A DNA stretch of 63,686 nt, filler included, from Hyphochytrium catenoides (taxonomy: Eukaryota; Protista; Hyphochytriomycota): assembly GCA_900088475.1 (NCBI GenBank). It is 11 parts of 11 records of this genome, joined end to end, with 100 filler letters (N's around TTAATTAATTAA, not from the genome) between each part and the next. Parts side by side here need not be neighbours in the genome. Positions count along the whole stretch, not along the records: positions 1 to 2,979 come from FLMG01001846.1; positions 3,080 to 15,049 come from FLMG01000562.1; 9 more parts are not named here. One strand, written 5' to 3'. The position numbers were made by a program, and so were the translations under genes. Below the pieces are notes generated by a model. It was not told where the DNA came from. It worked only from the letters and a program-made list of their open reading frames with translations, and searched no databases. Below, piece by piece: positions 1 through 11,945 of this stretch. The stretch's first letter is position 1. The number at the start of each line of letters is the position of its first letter.

Positions 1-1570
1 ATTCTTGATTACAGCCTTTCTGTCTGTCATGTTTGAAATTATGAACCTGGTCCTTGATATCTATCTGCATTAACAAAAATGAATAAGATGCAGAGCTCCG
101 TATAGCCAAAGCCGACACAGCGCATCCATTACCTGTAGATGTGGACTTGGTACAAGCTAGTAGCCAAGAGCTGCTCTTGAAATGTACGCGCCAGTGGGAA
201 TGGGTTGGCTGCGCCTAAAACCAGGGGGACGAAGTGGAGGTGCAGACGGAGCTCTGAGCTCTAGATTGTTCGGCAACTGACACTTCGACGACCTTAGCGG
301 CGGCCTCCCTAAGCCTGGGAGCGCCGCGCCGTGTACCGACCGAGCCGCGGGAAACTGTTATAACGGGTACCCAGACTCCGGTAGAATGTTTTCCACTATC
401 GAGGTCATTTGTATCTGAAACTCAGTAGATAAGGCTTCTTCTCGAATACAGGATATCGGATTGTTGCTGACGGATCAGGATATTTCTTATAAATAGCGTA
501 CTGGTCATGGATCCTACCATAGCGCCGTGCCGGAGACGGATTCCAGCAGCGTTCTCATCAGAGAATAATGATGAAGATTTTATTGGGAACGTCTGTTCAG
601 TTCTATGGCCCCTGCGTTGCCGCCTTGCCCTAACCCTAATCTTGGTGGACACTAATTAGTGCTAAGAAGTCACTGGAAAGCGTTAACCCTAAGATAATAC
701 CTTTCGTCCGACACGTAGTGCGTACTATATCTACCCAAAACAGATTTTGGAGAATTTTTTATACAAAAAAAACAGTACGGAGTAATTGATTTACTTATAG
801 ATCGGCGTTGTTCATACTTTACACGGATCGTCAAGGGACCGATTGCCTTACGTTAATCATTGGTAAAAGGTGAGGAGTAAGAGCCATTGAGCGCAGCAGC
901 TCCGATGACGGGGCAGAAGGAAGGAAGGAGGTTAGGCAAGCTATGACGGAACTAAAGCTCATCATTTCATAAATATTGCATTATCAGCCTTGCAATGGCT
1001 GCGGCGACTATGGACGGGTGCAATTCTTTCCTGTGTCCTAGCATCTCTCTTGTCTCCATCTCCGACCTTTGTCTACTACTCCCCAGCAGCCGAATGAGGT
1101 ACAAAATTGTCCGTAAAGTAAAGATAGGTGATGGTGATGATAGGTGATCGTGGTGAGCAGTATGGTAAACGATGAAAGGCTGGACATCCTTCTTCACACG
1201 ACGGTTGTGGGCGGCGGAGATTTAAAGAGAAAGAGGAAGGGAAGGCTAACGATCAAGTACGAACAAGAACACAACGAATGGCTCCTTGAGCCCTAAGCAC
1301 TAATTATTATAAGACTTCTTCTTAACTCCGTCGCATTCCAGCCTCAAGCCGTCACATCATAGCCGAACTACCTCTTTTTCATATTAGATGGTGCTGAGGA
1401 GAAACTATAGCTTTGTCTTATAATACTTCTTATACGCATGCCTGGGCCATCGAGCTCACAGGCGAAACAAGACGGTGAGTGTGGACTTAAGCTACATCGA
1501 CCGATAGGAAAACAACTGTTCCCGATGAAAGAGGTGTGAGCAAGCTGCTGAGCGTCAATCAAACCTGTAT

Positions 1571-2979
1571 TTATAGATGGACGACATCAGCCAGCTTCTT
1601 CCGACTCGTCTCCGTACGCAGGAGAAGCGAACTGAAGCCTCCTACCACCATCATGGTGCTCGTTACCACCAGGAGAAGCGCCACGTGAGCCATCAGCGAG
1701 CCATTCACAAATTGCGCAACCATTGAGCCAACCCGACCGGCAGAAGCCAGAACACCCATTGCAGAGGTTCGGAGGGAGGTAGGGAAAGACTCAGCCGAGA
1801 GAGCATCCAACTGCCATCAATCGAAGCGTTAGGGCGAAAGCGTCAGGGTCTTCCGTTGTACAAGAGGATGGACACGAGGTAAGCAGAATAGTAAGACAGG
1901 AGATGAGTTGAACAGGACTCCTTCACTCAGGGAACTACACATCGCGGGACACTGGAAACGCCGAGGAAGGGAAGTTAAAAGGCGGTAACGTAAGTTTAGA
2001 CCGTACTTACCGCATTCCAAGCAGGGATGGTGAACATATTGAAGAGAAACGCACTGGGTACAATGTACCCTGCACCCTTGTGGGCTGCAAACGCGAACAG
2101 CAGTGCCGAGAGGCTGGCCATAATCATTGACGCGCCAAGAATGCAGCGGCGGCCCACAAGGTCCATGCAGAATATGCTTGCCACGTTTCCTGGAAGGTTC
2201 GCCGAGGCGTAGATGAAGGCGTTCTGGTACGGATCCCTAAGGTCAACCTTGGTGAAGAGTTCGGTAATCCAGGTGCTAATTCCGTACGACCCTGCAGTAA
2301 AGGAGGATCATGGTAGGGTAAGTCAGGACAGGTAGTCATATGTGAGAAGGGAAAAGTTGGCGTGAGAGAGGAAGGTGAAGAGACAGAAACGAGAGAAAGA
2401 GAGAGCACTAGAGAGGAGAGGAGGAAGAGAGAGAGAGAGAGAGAGAAAGGGGGAGGAGACTGAAGGAGCGCGAGTAAGAGAGAGAAAGAAGAGAGAGTGT
2501 TGAAAGCGTGTGAGAGAGGGAAATAAAGAAAGAGAGAGAGAATACATCGAAAACAGGGCAAAGTCAAGTAGAGCCAGAGTTCAGGGGAAGAAAAAATTAA
2601 TGCAAAGAGGAGCCTTTAAGAAGACCACGAAAGAACTGGTACACTGCACTGCGAAGGAGGAAGACGGGCAGATACCGAAGCTCAGCGAAAACCAGACAAG
2701 CAGGAGAATGGCTGTCGTGCTGCGGAGTGACGTCTGAAAGAGCGCAGAGAGCGGGGGCTCTTCATCAGCCTTAGAGATTAATGAGCCCCTGAGTTCCTTG
2801 CCCTGAACTACGTAGGCGGGCTTTCCATTGTGCATGGCCATTAGAGTGAGCACTGACGCCGCTTCCTCATACTTCTCCTTCAGCACGAGGTATCGCGGGC
2901 TCTCAGGCAAGTATTTGGCACTAAAGACATAACACATCGCTGCAGGGATGGCGCAAGCTAGGGCGAACGGTCTCCAGCT
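1571..2979 (-). CDS. MFS transporter, SV2/SVOP-like, 5' part cut by contig end
   Basis: Three exons (2979-2676, 2291-2011, 1810-1571) joined by GT-AG introns. The spliced product has WR...LPESPRYL, VWFSLSFGSYGISTW, DLVGRR (motif A-like) and AESFPTSLRTSAMG, which are sugar-porter/SVOP MFS motifs. Confidence 0.88.
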
Positions 2980-3079
2980 NNNNNNNNNNNNNNNNNNNNN
3001 NNNNNNNNNNNNNNNNNNNNNNNTTAATTAATTAANNNNNNNNNNNNNNNNNNNNNNNNNNNNNNNNNNNNNNNNNNNN
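2980..3079. other. Artificial contig-joining linker (N44-TTAATTAATTAA-N44), first of ten
   Basis: Identical 100-nt spacers carrying the six-frame stop TTAATTAATTAA at 2980-3079, 15050-15149, 39869-39968, 42765-42864, 44988-45087, 47935-48034, 49456-49555, 55037-55136, 57286-57385 and 58640-58739. Ordinary N gaps without the linker lie at 3630-3750, 18304-18327 and 29308-29394, in or next to GA-rich tracts. Confidence 0.98.
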
Positions 3080-3246
3080 GCACCAACGTCTATCTCCTCA
3101 TCCCAGTCATACTCGTCCACTGCTCGCTCCGCTGCTTTCTCTTCTTCCTCGTCCGTCAGGCCCCCTTGTTCCCCGACCTTCGTCTCTTCCACGCCCTCCT
3201 CATACGCATCTTCCCACTCAAAGGCTTCTTCTTCCTCATCTGACAT
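3080..3246 (-). CDS. First exon of a gene with an acidic N-terminus, cut by contig end; family uncertain
   Basis: ATG-initiated MSDEEEEAFEWEDAYEEG...DEYDWDEEIDVG runs into the linker. The acidic/Trp pattern loosely recalls Rad4/XPC N-termini but is too short to assign. Confidence 0.4.
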
Positions 3247-4582
3247 GGCGCGTTATATACTAAGGGATTCCTGTCCTCTCTCTCTCTCTTGATCTGTCTC
3301 TGCGACTCACTATCGCTCCTTCCTCTTGCTGTCGTCGTCGGTCCTTCTCTTTCTCTCCTGGCACCGGCTCACCCTAGTCGCTCACCGCTTAAGGTTACTG
3401 CGTGTAAGTTAAGCGATGCCAGCAGAGTGTGTGACACTGGCGTCCGATAGACGAAAGGGTTGAGAGGAGAGTGAGACGTAACCTCACAGACAAAAAGGAG
3501 AAGAGCCTCAAAGATTTCGAGCAATTAGAATGATCAGAAGAGTAGAGCAACAATGGGGATGCACACAAAGAGGGAGAGAAAGAGTGAGAAGGGATGAGAG
3601 GCTGTAGAAGTGAGAGGAGAGTGAGCGAGNNNNNNNNNNNNNNNNNNNNNNNNNNNNNNNNNNNNNNNNNNNNNNNNNNNNNNNNNNNNNNNNNNNNNNN
3701 NNNNNNNNNNNNNNNNNNNNNNNNNNNNNNNNNNNNNNNNNNNNNNNNNNAACCGACACCATCACCACCTTGCCGCCAAATTTATTACGGGACCCAATTT
3801 TTTCCACAAAGAATTTGTCAGGCAAGGCAAGGTTGCCGTAACCTGATTGGCTAACAGCCAATTAAACTTTAAGAATATTAAATTGTAGGAATAAAGTTTA
3901 TGAAATAAGGAATCAGAATAGCTTGCGCTTTGGAAGCATCTGAAGCTCTACAATTGTCGTGAAGCTTATTACAAGGGCCGCGGGTATGACTGCTCTGTGG
4001 GGTAAGAAGAAGGGAACCTTCGGCATTGTCGGGTTCCTCCGCTGCTCTCCTTGTGGCCTTTGCTCGCCAATATGAAGGGGATCCCAGAGTCGTGTGCAGC
4101 TTGCTAGATGTAACGAACAGAAGAGGTCCAGCGCTAAAAGAGCGGGCATCGTGGAGAGCGTCTCCTTTCAGCAGATGCTGGTTATATAGTGGAAGGGAAG
4201 ACTCTGACTTGCAGCAGCTTGATGTATGGCTGAGGCAACAGTAAGGTCCCTCGCCTTGGTCTGTGATCGAGAGCCTCAACGAGGGCTACCCTGACATAGA
4301 GGTCATTAGGTTGTCTTCCATTCACAGTACAGGCTCCCAAGTCTTCTCGCGCAGTGAGAGAAGTCAATACTCTCGTTGATGCCAAGGAACCGACGACGAT
4401 CCTAAGTGAGATAGCGTACTGCATATCCCGGCTGATCGTAGTCAATTCTTTGTTTTTCCCTGTCTTAGGCCTGGCTTTGACGGGATGGAGGAAGACCGTA
4501 AGGAGACGTCTCCCTGAATTCTTCTGCTGTTCATCCAGGAGGAGGTTGCTGAGAGTCGGCGATGGCGATAGACCCTAAACCC

Positions 4583-7351
4583 TCATTTCATCCCATCGCC
4601 CACTTTGTCAGTTTCCTTGTCATTGCCTGGCGCATCTTCGTCACTTTCGGTTTCTCCTCGTGCCTTTCGTTCCCTCCTCTGACGCTGTCTAGCAGACTCT
4701 TTCTGCTGCTTTCTCTGTGACCACACTGTCATCGTCAGAGGCGGTTGCGGGTATATGACTTCAGAAGAACAAATGAAGAGAGAAGGAAAGTGCGAATTCC
4801 AGTGACTATCATGTTTTTAGAACTAACCGAGGGAAGGCATTGTTCGAAAGCCCACGCCCAGTCGCTTCGCTCTGAAAATCTGGCAAGGATCTGATGGCAA
4901 AGAACGGATCAGTTATGTATATGGATCAAGCTTCCTCCCGAAGTTTTCTCTCACTCTCACTTTCTCCCTCCACCCCCACCCGTCGACGCCTTATCTTGCT
5001 GACCCCGCCACCTGGGACCACAATGATAAATGATAAAGCGATCGGTAGACCAGGGGAGATGGCCCCTGAAGAGAAAGGAAAAGAAATGCGCAGGAAAGAG
5101 TGGCATATAGTACCTCGAAGACCGTGTTAACGTTCAAAATGTGGTCCTGGTAACTTCTGCCTCGGTAGTGCTCTTGGTAGGGTAGACGACACGTCCGAAT
5201 TGCCTTTTCCTCTGCGGCTTTCAGGCTGGTACCCTAGGAGACACCGAGCAGGTGCGATCAGTAGGCTGTAATTCAGTGCCAGAGTATGGGGAGACGAGGA
5301 AAAAAGACGTAGGGCGGCATTACAGAGGCTGAAGGAGGCAACACGTAGGAATATGGTGTGTGGGACCAATAGAATGTCAATGGGGCCAAAGGCAGAATAT
5401 CAGGACCTCACCTTCGCTCTAGATCTATCTACAATTCCTCCTAAAGGGAAGAAGAGTGAGAATGTAAACTTTGGAGAAGAACGTCAGAGGTCTTTAGCTA
5501 GAGAGACGCCTTTTGGAGAAGAAGAGACACTCCAAGAGATTAGCGACGTCTTTTGACGGCAGAAGGAGAGCGGTATAGCCCTAGAGCAGGTAGACTACGA
5601 TAGGACAGCCGTACCCAGCACATAGATAGCGTCAGTCTCTAATTCAGTGAGCACGTTCGGGGAGTCTGGGCTCAGGTAGATTAGCCTCTGCATGTAGATA
5701 GCCGAAAAAATTTTGCTTTAGAGAACACGAGCACAGGTAGGAGACGAAAGAAGAATACGAAGATGAGCCATCGATCTTCATTGCGTCTTTTGCAAGGTCA
5801 GGAAGACTGCACAGATCGGAAAGAGGATAGCACGCACTCCTCACCACAAAACCTGTGAGCAAAGAAAGCGCAACTGAGCCCTCAGCTGATAGTACAAAGT
5901 GCCTTACCGCAGAGTCAAGAGTCTCCGTTAGCAAACCAGCCTCCAGTTGGCAGGCTGTCCAATTCCTTGCTCCAATCTTGTCTAGCGCCTCCTGTACAGG
6001 TCCTTTGTAAGAAGTCAGGACCAAACAGAATGGATCTGGCATCCTTTTGACTGTCGCATAGCAGAGCTTGGTCTGCTGGACCAGACTCTTCAACTCCTGT
6101 TCGTGGGAGAGACGTAAGCGTTTGGACCAGAAGACAAGGGAGGCAACATAGTGAAAAACGACATGACGCGAAATGGAGAGGCCGTCTCAGCATCCTGACT
6201 AAGACGTTTCGTAGGTAGGAGAAACGCCAGCGTAAGAGGAAGAACATTACAGTGACGATCGGATAGACAGACAGCGAGACAAAGCAAGAGAATAGTATGC
6301 AGCTAGGATTGCTCGCAATACTATGTGTTGGACTGTGGAAGAGATGTTTGAATAAAGTGAAGCCAAGCGTTAGAATATTAGGATGTAGGGGATCAGATAA
6401 GAGGAAGTGGCTACCTTGTCACTCATTATGTCGCCAAAGCTCAAATCTATCACAATCTTCCTTCCATTCTGTCTCGCGCTCTCAACTCTAGACTATAGCG
6501 TGGCAACGATAAGAGGTACGACAACGAAAAGCCGCGGATGTGAAAGGTCACTTCATCGTATAGAAAAGACTGGAAGCTTCAAGAAATGGACCGGCGAAAG
6601 AGGTCAGCGATCACCTAACTTAATGTCAAAAAGGGGGAAGCAAGAGATGACGATAAAAGGAGGCCCAAAAGAAGCGAAAGAGGTTGCGTTATCACCTGCT
6701 GAAGAGCCTGCTTTTCCTTTTCTTCAGCAAGAAATCTCTCTCTTTCGTCTGCAAGGTAGAAGGTGAAGAAGACGTCCCAAGTATGTTGTTAGCCATGGCC
6801 CTGAGGACCTCCCAGGAGGAGGATGGAACAACGCGGGCGGCCAAAGGTAGCACTCTGAACCCTGTGGCACAGTCCTGCTCTCCCATCGGCGGCTTTTCGC
6901 CGCTCTATAGTTTCTGGTTCACTATTATGGAAAGTCTCTCTTTGTTGAGATCATTCTTGGCTGTCGATTACTAAGCTGAGACCGGAAGACTCCACCTCAG
7001 CCGTACGTCCCACGAGAAAGGTTCCTCTTTTGCTCTTCTCCGGCTTCAGTGACCTCTTTCTTTTCTCCATCCCTCATCTACCTCTCAATGTGTATCTCTA
7101 TCGCCTTCTTCGCTGCTTCGTGTGCTTGCTTACCGGTCAGCATCTTTTGGCTTACCTCGTGGCATCGCCGCCAAGAACGCATATCGTTTCGTCTTCTTCT
7201 GCTCATACTTTCGCTTGACCTTTTGGGCCTCAACCGCCTTCCACTTCAATCTCTCTGCTTGCTCTCTGGATTCCTGACCTAGATGATGCTTAGATTCGTC
7301 GGAATCACGTCCTTGTAAGGCATGGCTGTCAAGAGGCAGCGTGTCGGCCAT
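4583..7351 (-). CDS. TRMT10: tRNA (guanine/adenine-N1, position 9) methyltransferase, TRM10 family
   Basis: Spliced exons give IVIDLSFGDIMSDK/ELKSLVQQTKLCY, RLIYLSPDSPNVLTELETDAIYVLG/GIVDRSRAK, AIRTCRLP, HILNVNTVFE/ILARFSERSDWAWAFEQCLPS/RK, which are the conserved TRM10 blocks in order. Stop at 4583-4585. The 5' exon assignment (ATG 7351) is less certain. Confidence 0.92.
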
Positions 7352-8226
7352 GCTGTAGGCTGCTGCTTCTGCGTCTTTCTATAATGACCTAATCCTCGGT
7401 CATTCAATTACCTGGCCTCGGCTGAAGCTTCTCTAGCGTCAGAGCTGGGTCCGATGGTGACGGTGCGGCCCTTGAAGATCTTAATAAAGACCACTGAGGC
7501 CTGCTGCTGCTATCAGCAACGCTCTATCGCCCTTCACTGACGATGTTGGCCCTTCTGGTCCATGTCCGCGCGCTCGGCACATGCATTATTACAAAGAACC
7601 CTCAGTCCTCCCCCTGGAGTAGCTGTTGATGGTGAATGTTCTGATGGATTTCTGAGATGCTTGGCGCTTGCAGACAGACTGACCATCGAATGGGATGAGC
7701 TTCCGATCGTCGTCAGCCGCTGGGACAGGCAGCAAGGCGGCTCTTGACGTTACGAAGAGTTTCTCTTTACTTGAGGAGGCAAGCGCTGATGCGTTGGCAA
7801 GAGGGAATCCCATCTGTGCCTTGCAGACATTGGCGGAGCCTTATGTGACAACAAGCAGGAAGTAGTCTCTGGATGGGGCCATTCAGCGGAGTGAGGAGAG
7901 TGGTGGTGCCGAGGCACTGAGATGCAGTCATCAGGAGGACAGGAGGGTATCACAAGCTAGGACTCGGTCTTCTTCTTCTTTCTTCAGAATGGACCGATCA
8001 GTGATAGCGAGGACTGCAATGTCTACAACTTCTGGCTGCGCGTTAACAAATGGCGATAGAAAACAATCTTATAACCCTCCTATGGTTTGTGCTTATGTGG
8101 CACACATAATGAACATCAAAGACAATTCCTGTTGTCGAGCTGGTGCTTCTCCGCTTCCCATCTTTCTTCCCATCCTCCTCCTATTTCTGCCCTGTGTAGA
8201 GATCTACGCTTCTGCTCCGCCGGCAG

Positions 8227-10521
8227 CTAAACTGCCACTCCGCTGTTTGCCGCTATCCGCCTAAGTACTCCTCGTGAGATGTTGATGACAGGCGAGCCGG
8301 CGTTCGCCGGTCTCTCCAGTGGAGAATTGACCGCGTCCCTTCTTGCAGTTTGAAGGTGATGCTTACAGAGATGATCTTGAGCTTCCAAGAGTGCTTGGGC
8401 CACTCTACCGTCAATGCCTAGCTTCAGCGTGTAAGAAGCTAAGTCCTCAAAATGTGTGACTAGTTGCCCTATGGACGAAAGAGACGCGTCCAACGCCCTG
8501 AGTCTGTTCTCTGCGTCTGCCCTTGCGTGGGGATTTGGCTCATACTCTGCTTCCTCTTCATCCTCGGCAGGGGGTTGGTATCTCCCACGAATCCTCGCTT
8601 CTTCGCCATTCTCATCTCCTCCGCCTCCTCCCTCGGGGTGGCCACTAAGATAGTCCTCCAGTATCTTTTGCCTGAGCTGGCTGTTAATCGTTTCTGCATC
8701 GCCCTCATCGTTCGCTATGTCCAGTGCGCAGACAGCTGAATAACGGTCAACGTCATTGTATATCTTGCAGTTTTCAAAGGTAGGTTCGGCCACCTCCATA
8801 TCGGGCAGTTCCTGGTGGAGATGAGAGATGTGGTCCAGCAGGTCTGAAGTGGCAGGATCACTGCGTATATCGTACCGAGGAGGAAGTTGGGGAGGAGTAG
8901 CAGAAGGAGTTGAGGAAGAAAGAGAAGTATCCATTGCCCCTGAAGGCGCCGGATGTTCTGTTGAACGAAAGCCTGACTTCTCATAGCATTCAACCAGGAA
9001 GGAAGACGGAAGCTCATCCCAGGCCTTCGATATCCAATGAACCACCTTCAGCATATCCACAAACTCCTCTCTGCCGTGTGTCCTTAGTTCCTCGGTCCCT
9101 CCACTCTCGATGACAGAGAGAAGGTAAGAAAGGAGCTTATTCCTATACCGAAGCTTCATGCTCTCCACCGCTCCCTGGTGCAAGGGATAGTGTTCAGGGT
9201 GAAGCTCAGAAGGAAAGTATACCATCTTGACGTGCTTGAGAGAGATGCAAGAAACACCAGAGTGAGCCACATTGTTGTCCACAAAGAGCAGGACATCTCT
9301 TTTCTGCCTCTCCATCTCTCTCTCAAAGTTCTCTAACCAATCGTTGAAGATATTCTGTGTGACGGCGGCATGCTTGTTGGCGTACCAAGCGACAGGTAAA
9401 CAACCAGGAAAAGTTCCTCTGTCCAAATGCCGGAACCTCCTTGGCTTATACACATTGTTAACCACAGCAACAGGCTCTTTCTCTCCCGCAAAGTTGCAGC
9501 AGATAAGGAGAGTCACCTTACGGGAGGTGGAAGAAGCGGCAGACGTAGCAACCGAGAGCGATGCGGTGCGCTGCGACCCTGCAGCTAATCTTGCCTTCTC
9601 TGAAGCTTGGAGAACCGTATGAATGGGAAGATCGTCATAGTGCAGCGCTGTTTCTGTGAGAGAGAAGACATCTCTCTTCTGATAATGCCTCATTAAGAGG
9701 CTAAGTCTTTGCCTCCAGCTCCCCATTGCATCTTTTTCTCTTCCTCCGTTCTCCTCTCGTCGCCCTCCCCTCAAGCCAGCCATTGGGCTCCCAGGGAATG
9801 AGGAAGGAGGCTGCTGGGAGAGAGAATGAACCGCTTTCTGAGAGATGTTATGTCTCTTCTTGAAAGACTCCAGCCATCCGTTAGACGCTTTGAACTCAGT
9901 GTTCCCAACTTTATTGGCGAAGAAAAGAGCCTGCTTCTGGATGACCGGACCGCTGACGGGCAGCCCCTTGGCCTTAGCTGCTTGATACCACTTCCCCGTC
10001 AAGTGGTTGATCACATCCGCCGGGGACTTGGTTACTTTCCGGCGAGAATCTTTGTCAAAGTTACGTGCATAGTCTTCTAGGTATTCCGCCTTGCGCTTAA
10101 GTAGGCGCTGGATGGCTGAGCGAGAGACTTGAAAGTGGGCAGCTAGGGCGCGGATGCTCTTTCCTTGTTCTTCGGCCGTAGTGATGAGCTCCACCTTCTT
10201 CTCAAGAGAGAGAGAGACACGTTGACCTCCTCCGCCATGAGGGATTTCTCTCTCTTCCCTTCCTCCTCCTCGCCTACCTGACCTGTGGGCGTTGTCATCT
10301 TGAGAAGAGGAAGGCAGATGTCCAGTGAGGCGTGTCGCTCCTGACATCAATACAGCCGGTATGCGAGGCTTTGGAACTTGTCGTCTCCGATCCCAGTCCT
10401 CGGAGTCCAAACCTGGGGCTCCTGGATCTTGGTGATGCTCCTCAAGGCCGCTATGTAGCTCGTGGGCGTCTCCCTCATGCTGCCGCCGTCTCCTGCCAAG
10501 CTCTGCACCTTTGCCGTACAT
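8227..10521 (-). CDS. CENP-B/TIGD-like protein derived from a pogo/Tigger transposase (764 aa, intronless), catalytic triad degenerate
   Basis: HTH-psq-like (SLSLEKKVELI...LAAHFQVSRSAIQRLLK), CENP-B HTH (GLPVSGPVIQKQA...FKASNGWLESFKKRHNI) and DDE_1-like core (KVTLLICCNFAGEK, WYANKHA, LLFVDN, VYFPS). First Asp motif reads FSLTET (canonical NADET) and third reads YPLHQG (canonical QPLDQG). Confidence 0.93.
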   Translation of the reverse strand: MYGKGAELGRRRRQHEGDAHELHSGLEEHHQDPGAPGLDSEDWDRRRQVPKPRIPAVLMSGATRLTGHLPSSSQDDNAHRSGRRGGGREEREIPHGGGGQRVSLSLEKKVELITTAEEQGKSIRALAAHFQVSRSAIQRLLKRKAEYLEDYARNFDKDSRRKVTKSPADVINHLTGKWYQAAKAKGLPVSGPVIQKQALFFANKVGNTEFKASNGWLESFKKRHNISQKAVHSLSQQPPSSFPGSPMAGLRGGRREENGGREKDAMGSWRQRLSLLMRHYQKRDVFSLTETALHYDDLPIHTVLQASEKARLAAGSQRTASLSVATSAASSTSRKVTLLICCNFAGEKEPVAVVNNVYKPRRFRHLDRGTFPGCLPVAWYANKHAAVTQNIFNDWLENFEREMERQKRDVLLFVDNNVAHSGVSCISLKHVKMVYFPSELHPEHYPLHQGAVESMKLRYRNKLLSYLLSVIESGGTEELRTHGREEFVDMLKVVHWISKAWDELPSSFLVECYEKSGFRSTEHPAPSGAMDTSLSSSTPSATPPQLPPRYDIRSDPATSDLLDHISHLHQELPDMEVAEPTFENCKIYNDVDRYSAVCALDIANDEGDAETINSQLRQKILEDYLSGHPEGGGGGDENGEEARIRGRYQPPAEDEEEAEYEPNPHARADAENRLRALDASLSSIGQLVTHFEDLASYTLKLGIDGRVAQALLEAQDHLCKHHLQTARRDAVNSPLERPANAGSPVINISRGVLRRIAANSGVAV

Positions 10522-10941
10522 ACTGCTCTAATGCCGCCACTAATGTTATCTGCTGTTGAGTTCCTTGTATCGGTGTCGTTCCCTGGCTTGCACGCCCCGG
10601 CCAAGAGAGTACCACGCACCACGAGGAGCTTGACTTAGCTCGAATGACTTAACCGCCCTCTCAAGCAACAGCCATCGGACCAGGCCAATCTCCCTGTGTC
10701 GTGGTTGACAGCCTGTGCCTATCGGTTCGAAGGTGCTGGTGGTAGGATAGGATAGCGTTTAGTAGACAAGAAAGCGAAGTGAGTCTATCGTATGTCTTCC
10801 TTCGCTTCGTCTGGGCTTGTACTACGGAGGTTGAAGATGCGAATCCGAACTGAGAGAGACCGAGAGAGGTTCTACCTTTGGGAAGAATGCCTTTTGAAGG
10901 CTATCTGGGCTCTCCTAGACATTGGGGACAATTCAAACGTA

Positions 10942-10985
<44 letters not shown>

Positions 10986-10996
10986 GGGGAGAGAAA

Positions 10997-11030
<34 letters not shown>

Positions 11031-11945
11031 AAGAGAAAGAGAGAGAGAGAGAGAGAAATAAAAAAATGAGAGAGAGAGAGAGCAGAGCGGGCTGGAGAGC
11101 TCAACTGCAATACAGAGTGTAGATCAAGGTATGGAAAGGGCAAGACTAGATATTTGGCGAAGGTCCACCGACCCTTCTGGTGGGCAGAGAGGTATTGAGG
11201 GAGAGTCATCGGTTTGTTTCTGTCCCTGAAAAGCAGTGTGGGTTTGGCAAGCGCTGCTTCTTATCCCTGTCTCTCTTCCTCACACTGCGTGTTTGGGACA
11301 GCCATGACCGCAGCCCTTAGAATACCGGTAACGGCAATTTCTCACTGGGATTTAGTCGAAAAGATCAGGGCATCCCTACACACACACCTCGGTTTTCTCC
11401 CAATATCTATCACGTATGTCACAATATCGACCGTGGTTATTTTGATCTTTGATGGTTATTTACCACTTCAGATTAATCGTGGTTGAGTTTGAGAAGCTGC
11501 AGGAAGGCTTCAGGTCATCATCCGTTAGACTCTTCACAGATAGACGGCCGCGGACTAGTAAATGAAAGTGCCAAGTTGTAGCCCGGTGGTGAAGCAGTTC
11601 ACATGCTCCTCCTCTAGCTATCTCACCTCGAGGCTCAAGGAGGGACGAGTAGGCGATTGCTATTTTGCCGTACGAGGAGGCACAAGATGGTAGTTCTACT
11701 CCATTGCTAGTCGTACGCTACAGAAATTGAGTATGGCAGGGGTGGGGTCTTGCTTGGCCTGTAAAGGTTCTCTCGGACGCATGGAGAGACTAACGGCCTG
11801 TGCACAGAAGAAGTATGTTCGTCATAGAAGGTAGTGTCATAGTATCGTAGAGGCGGTGTCGTGCCAGACCTTAATATTATTAGGGGTTTCGCTGAGTACT
11901 AATGTTACATTTAGAAGAGCTAACCAGGAGCGGATTGGCAGCATG

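Noticed and set aside
287-300. ACGACCTTA resembling the 5' end of plant U3 snoRNA
   Set aside because: The match stops after 9 nt and the downstream U3 boxes are not recognisable.
7562-8059. Possible small spliced plus-strand gene between TRMT10 and the CENP-B-like gene, including a frame with an internal TGA (selenoprotein idea)
   Set aside because: Splice-like signals exist, but I could not build a phase-consistent model or recognise a family or SECIS element.
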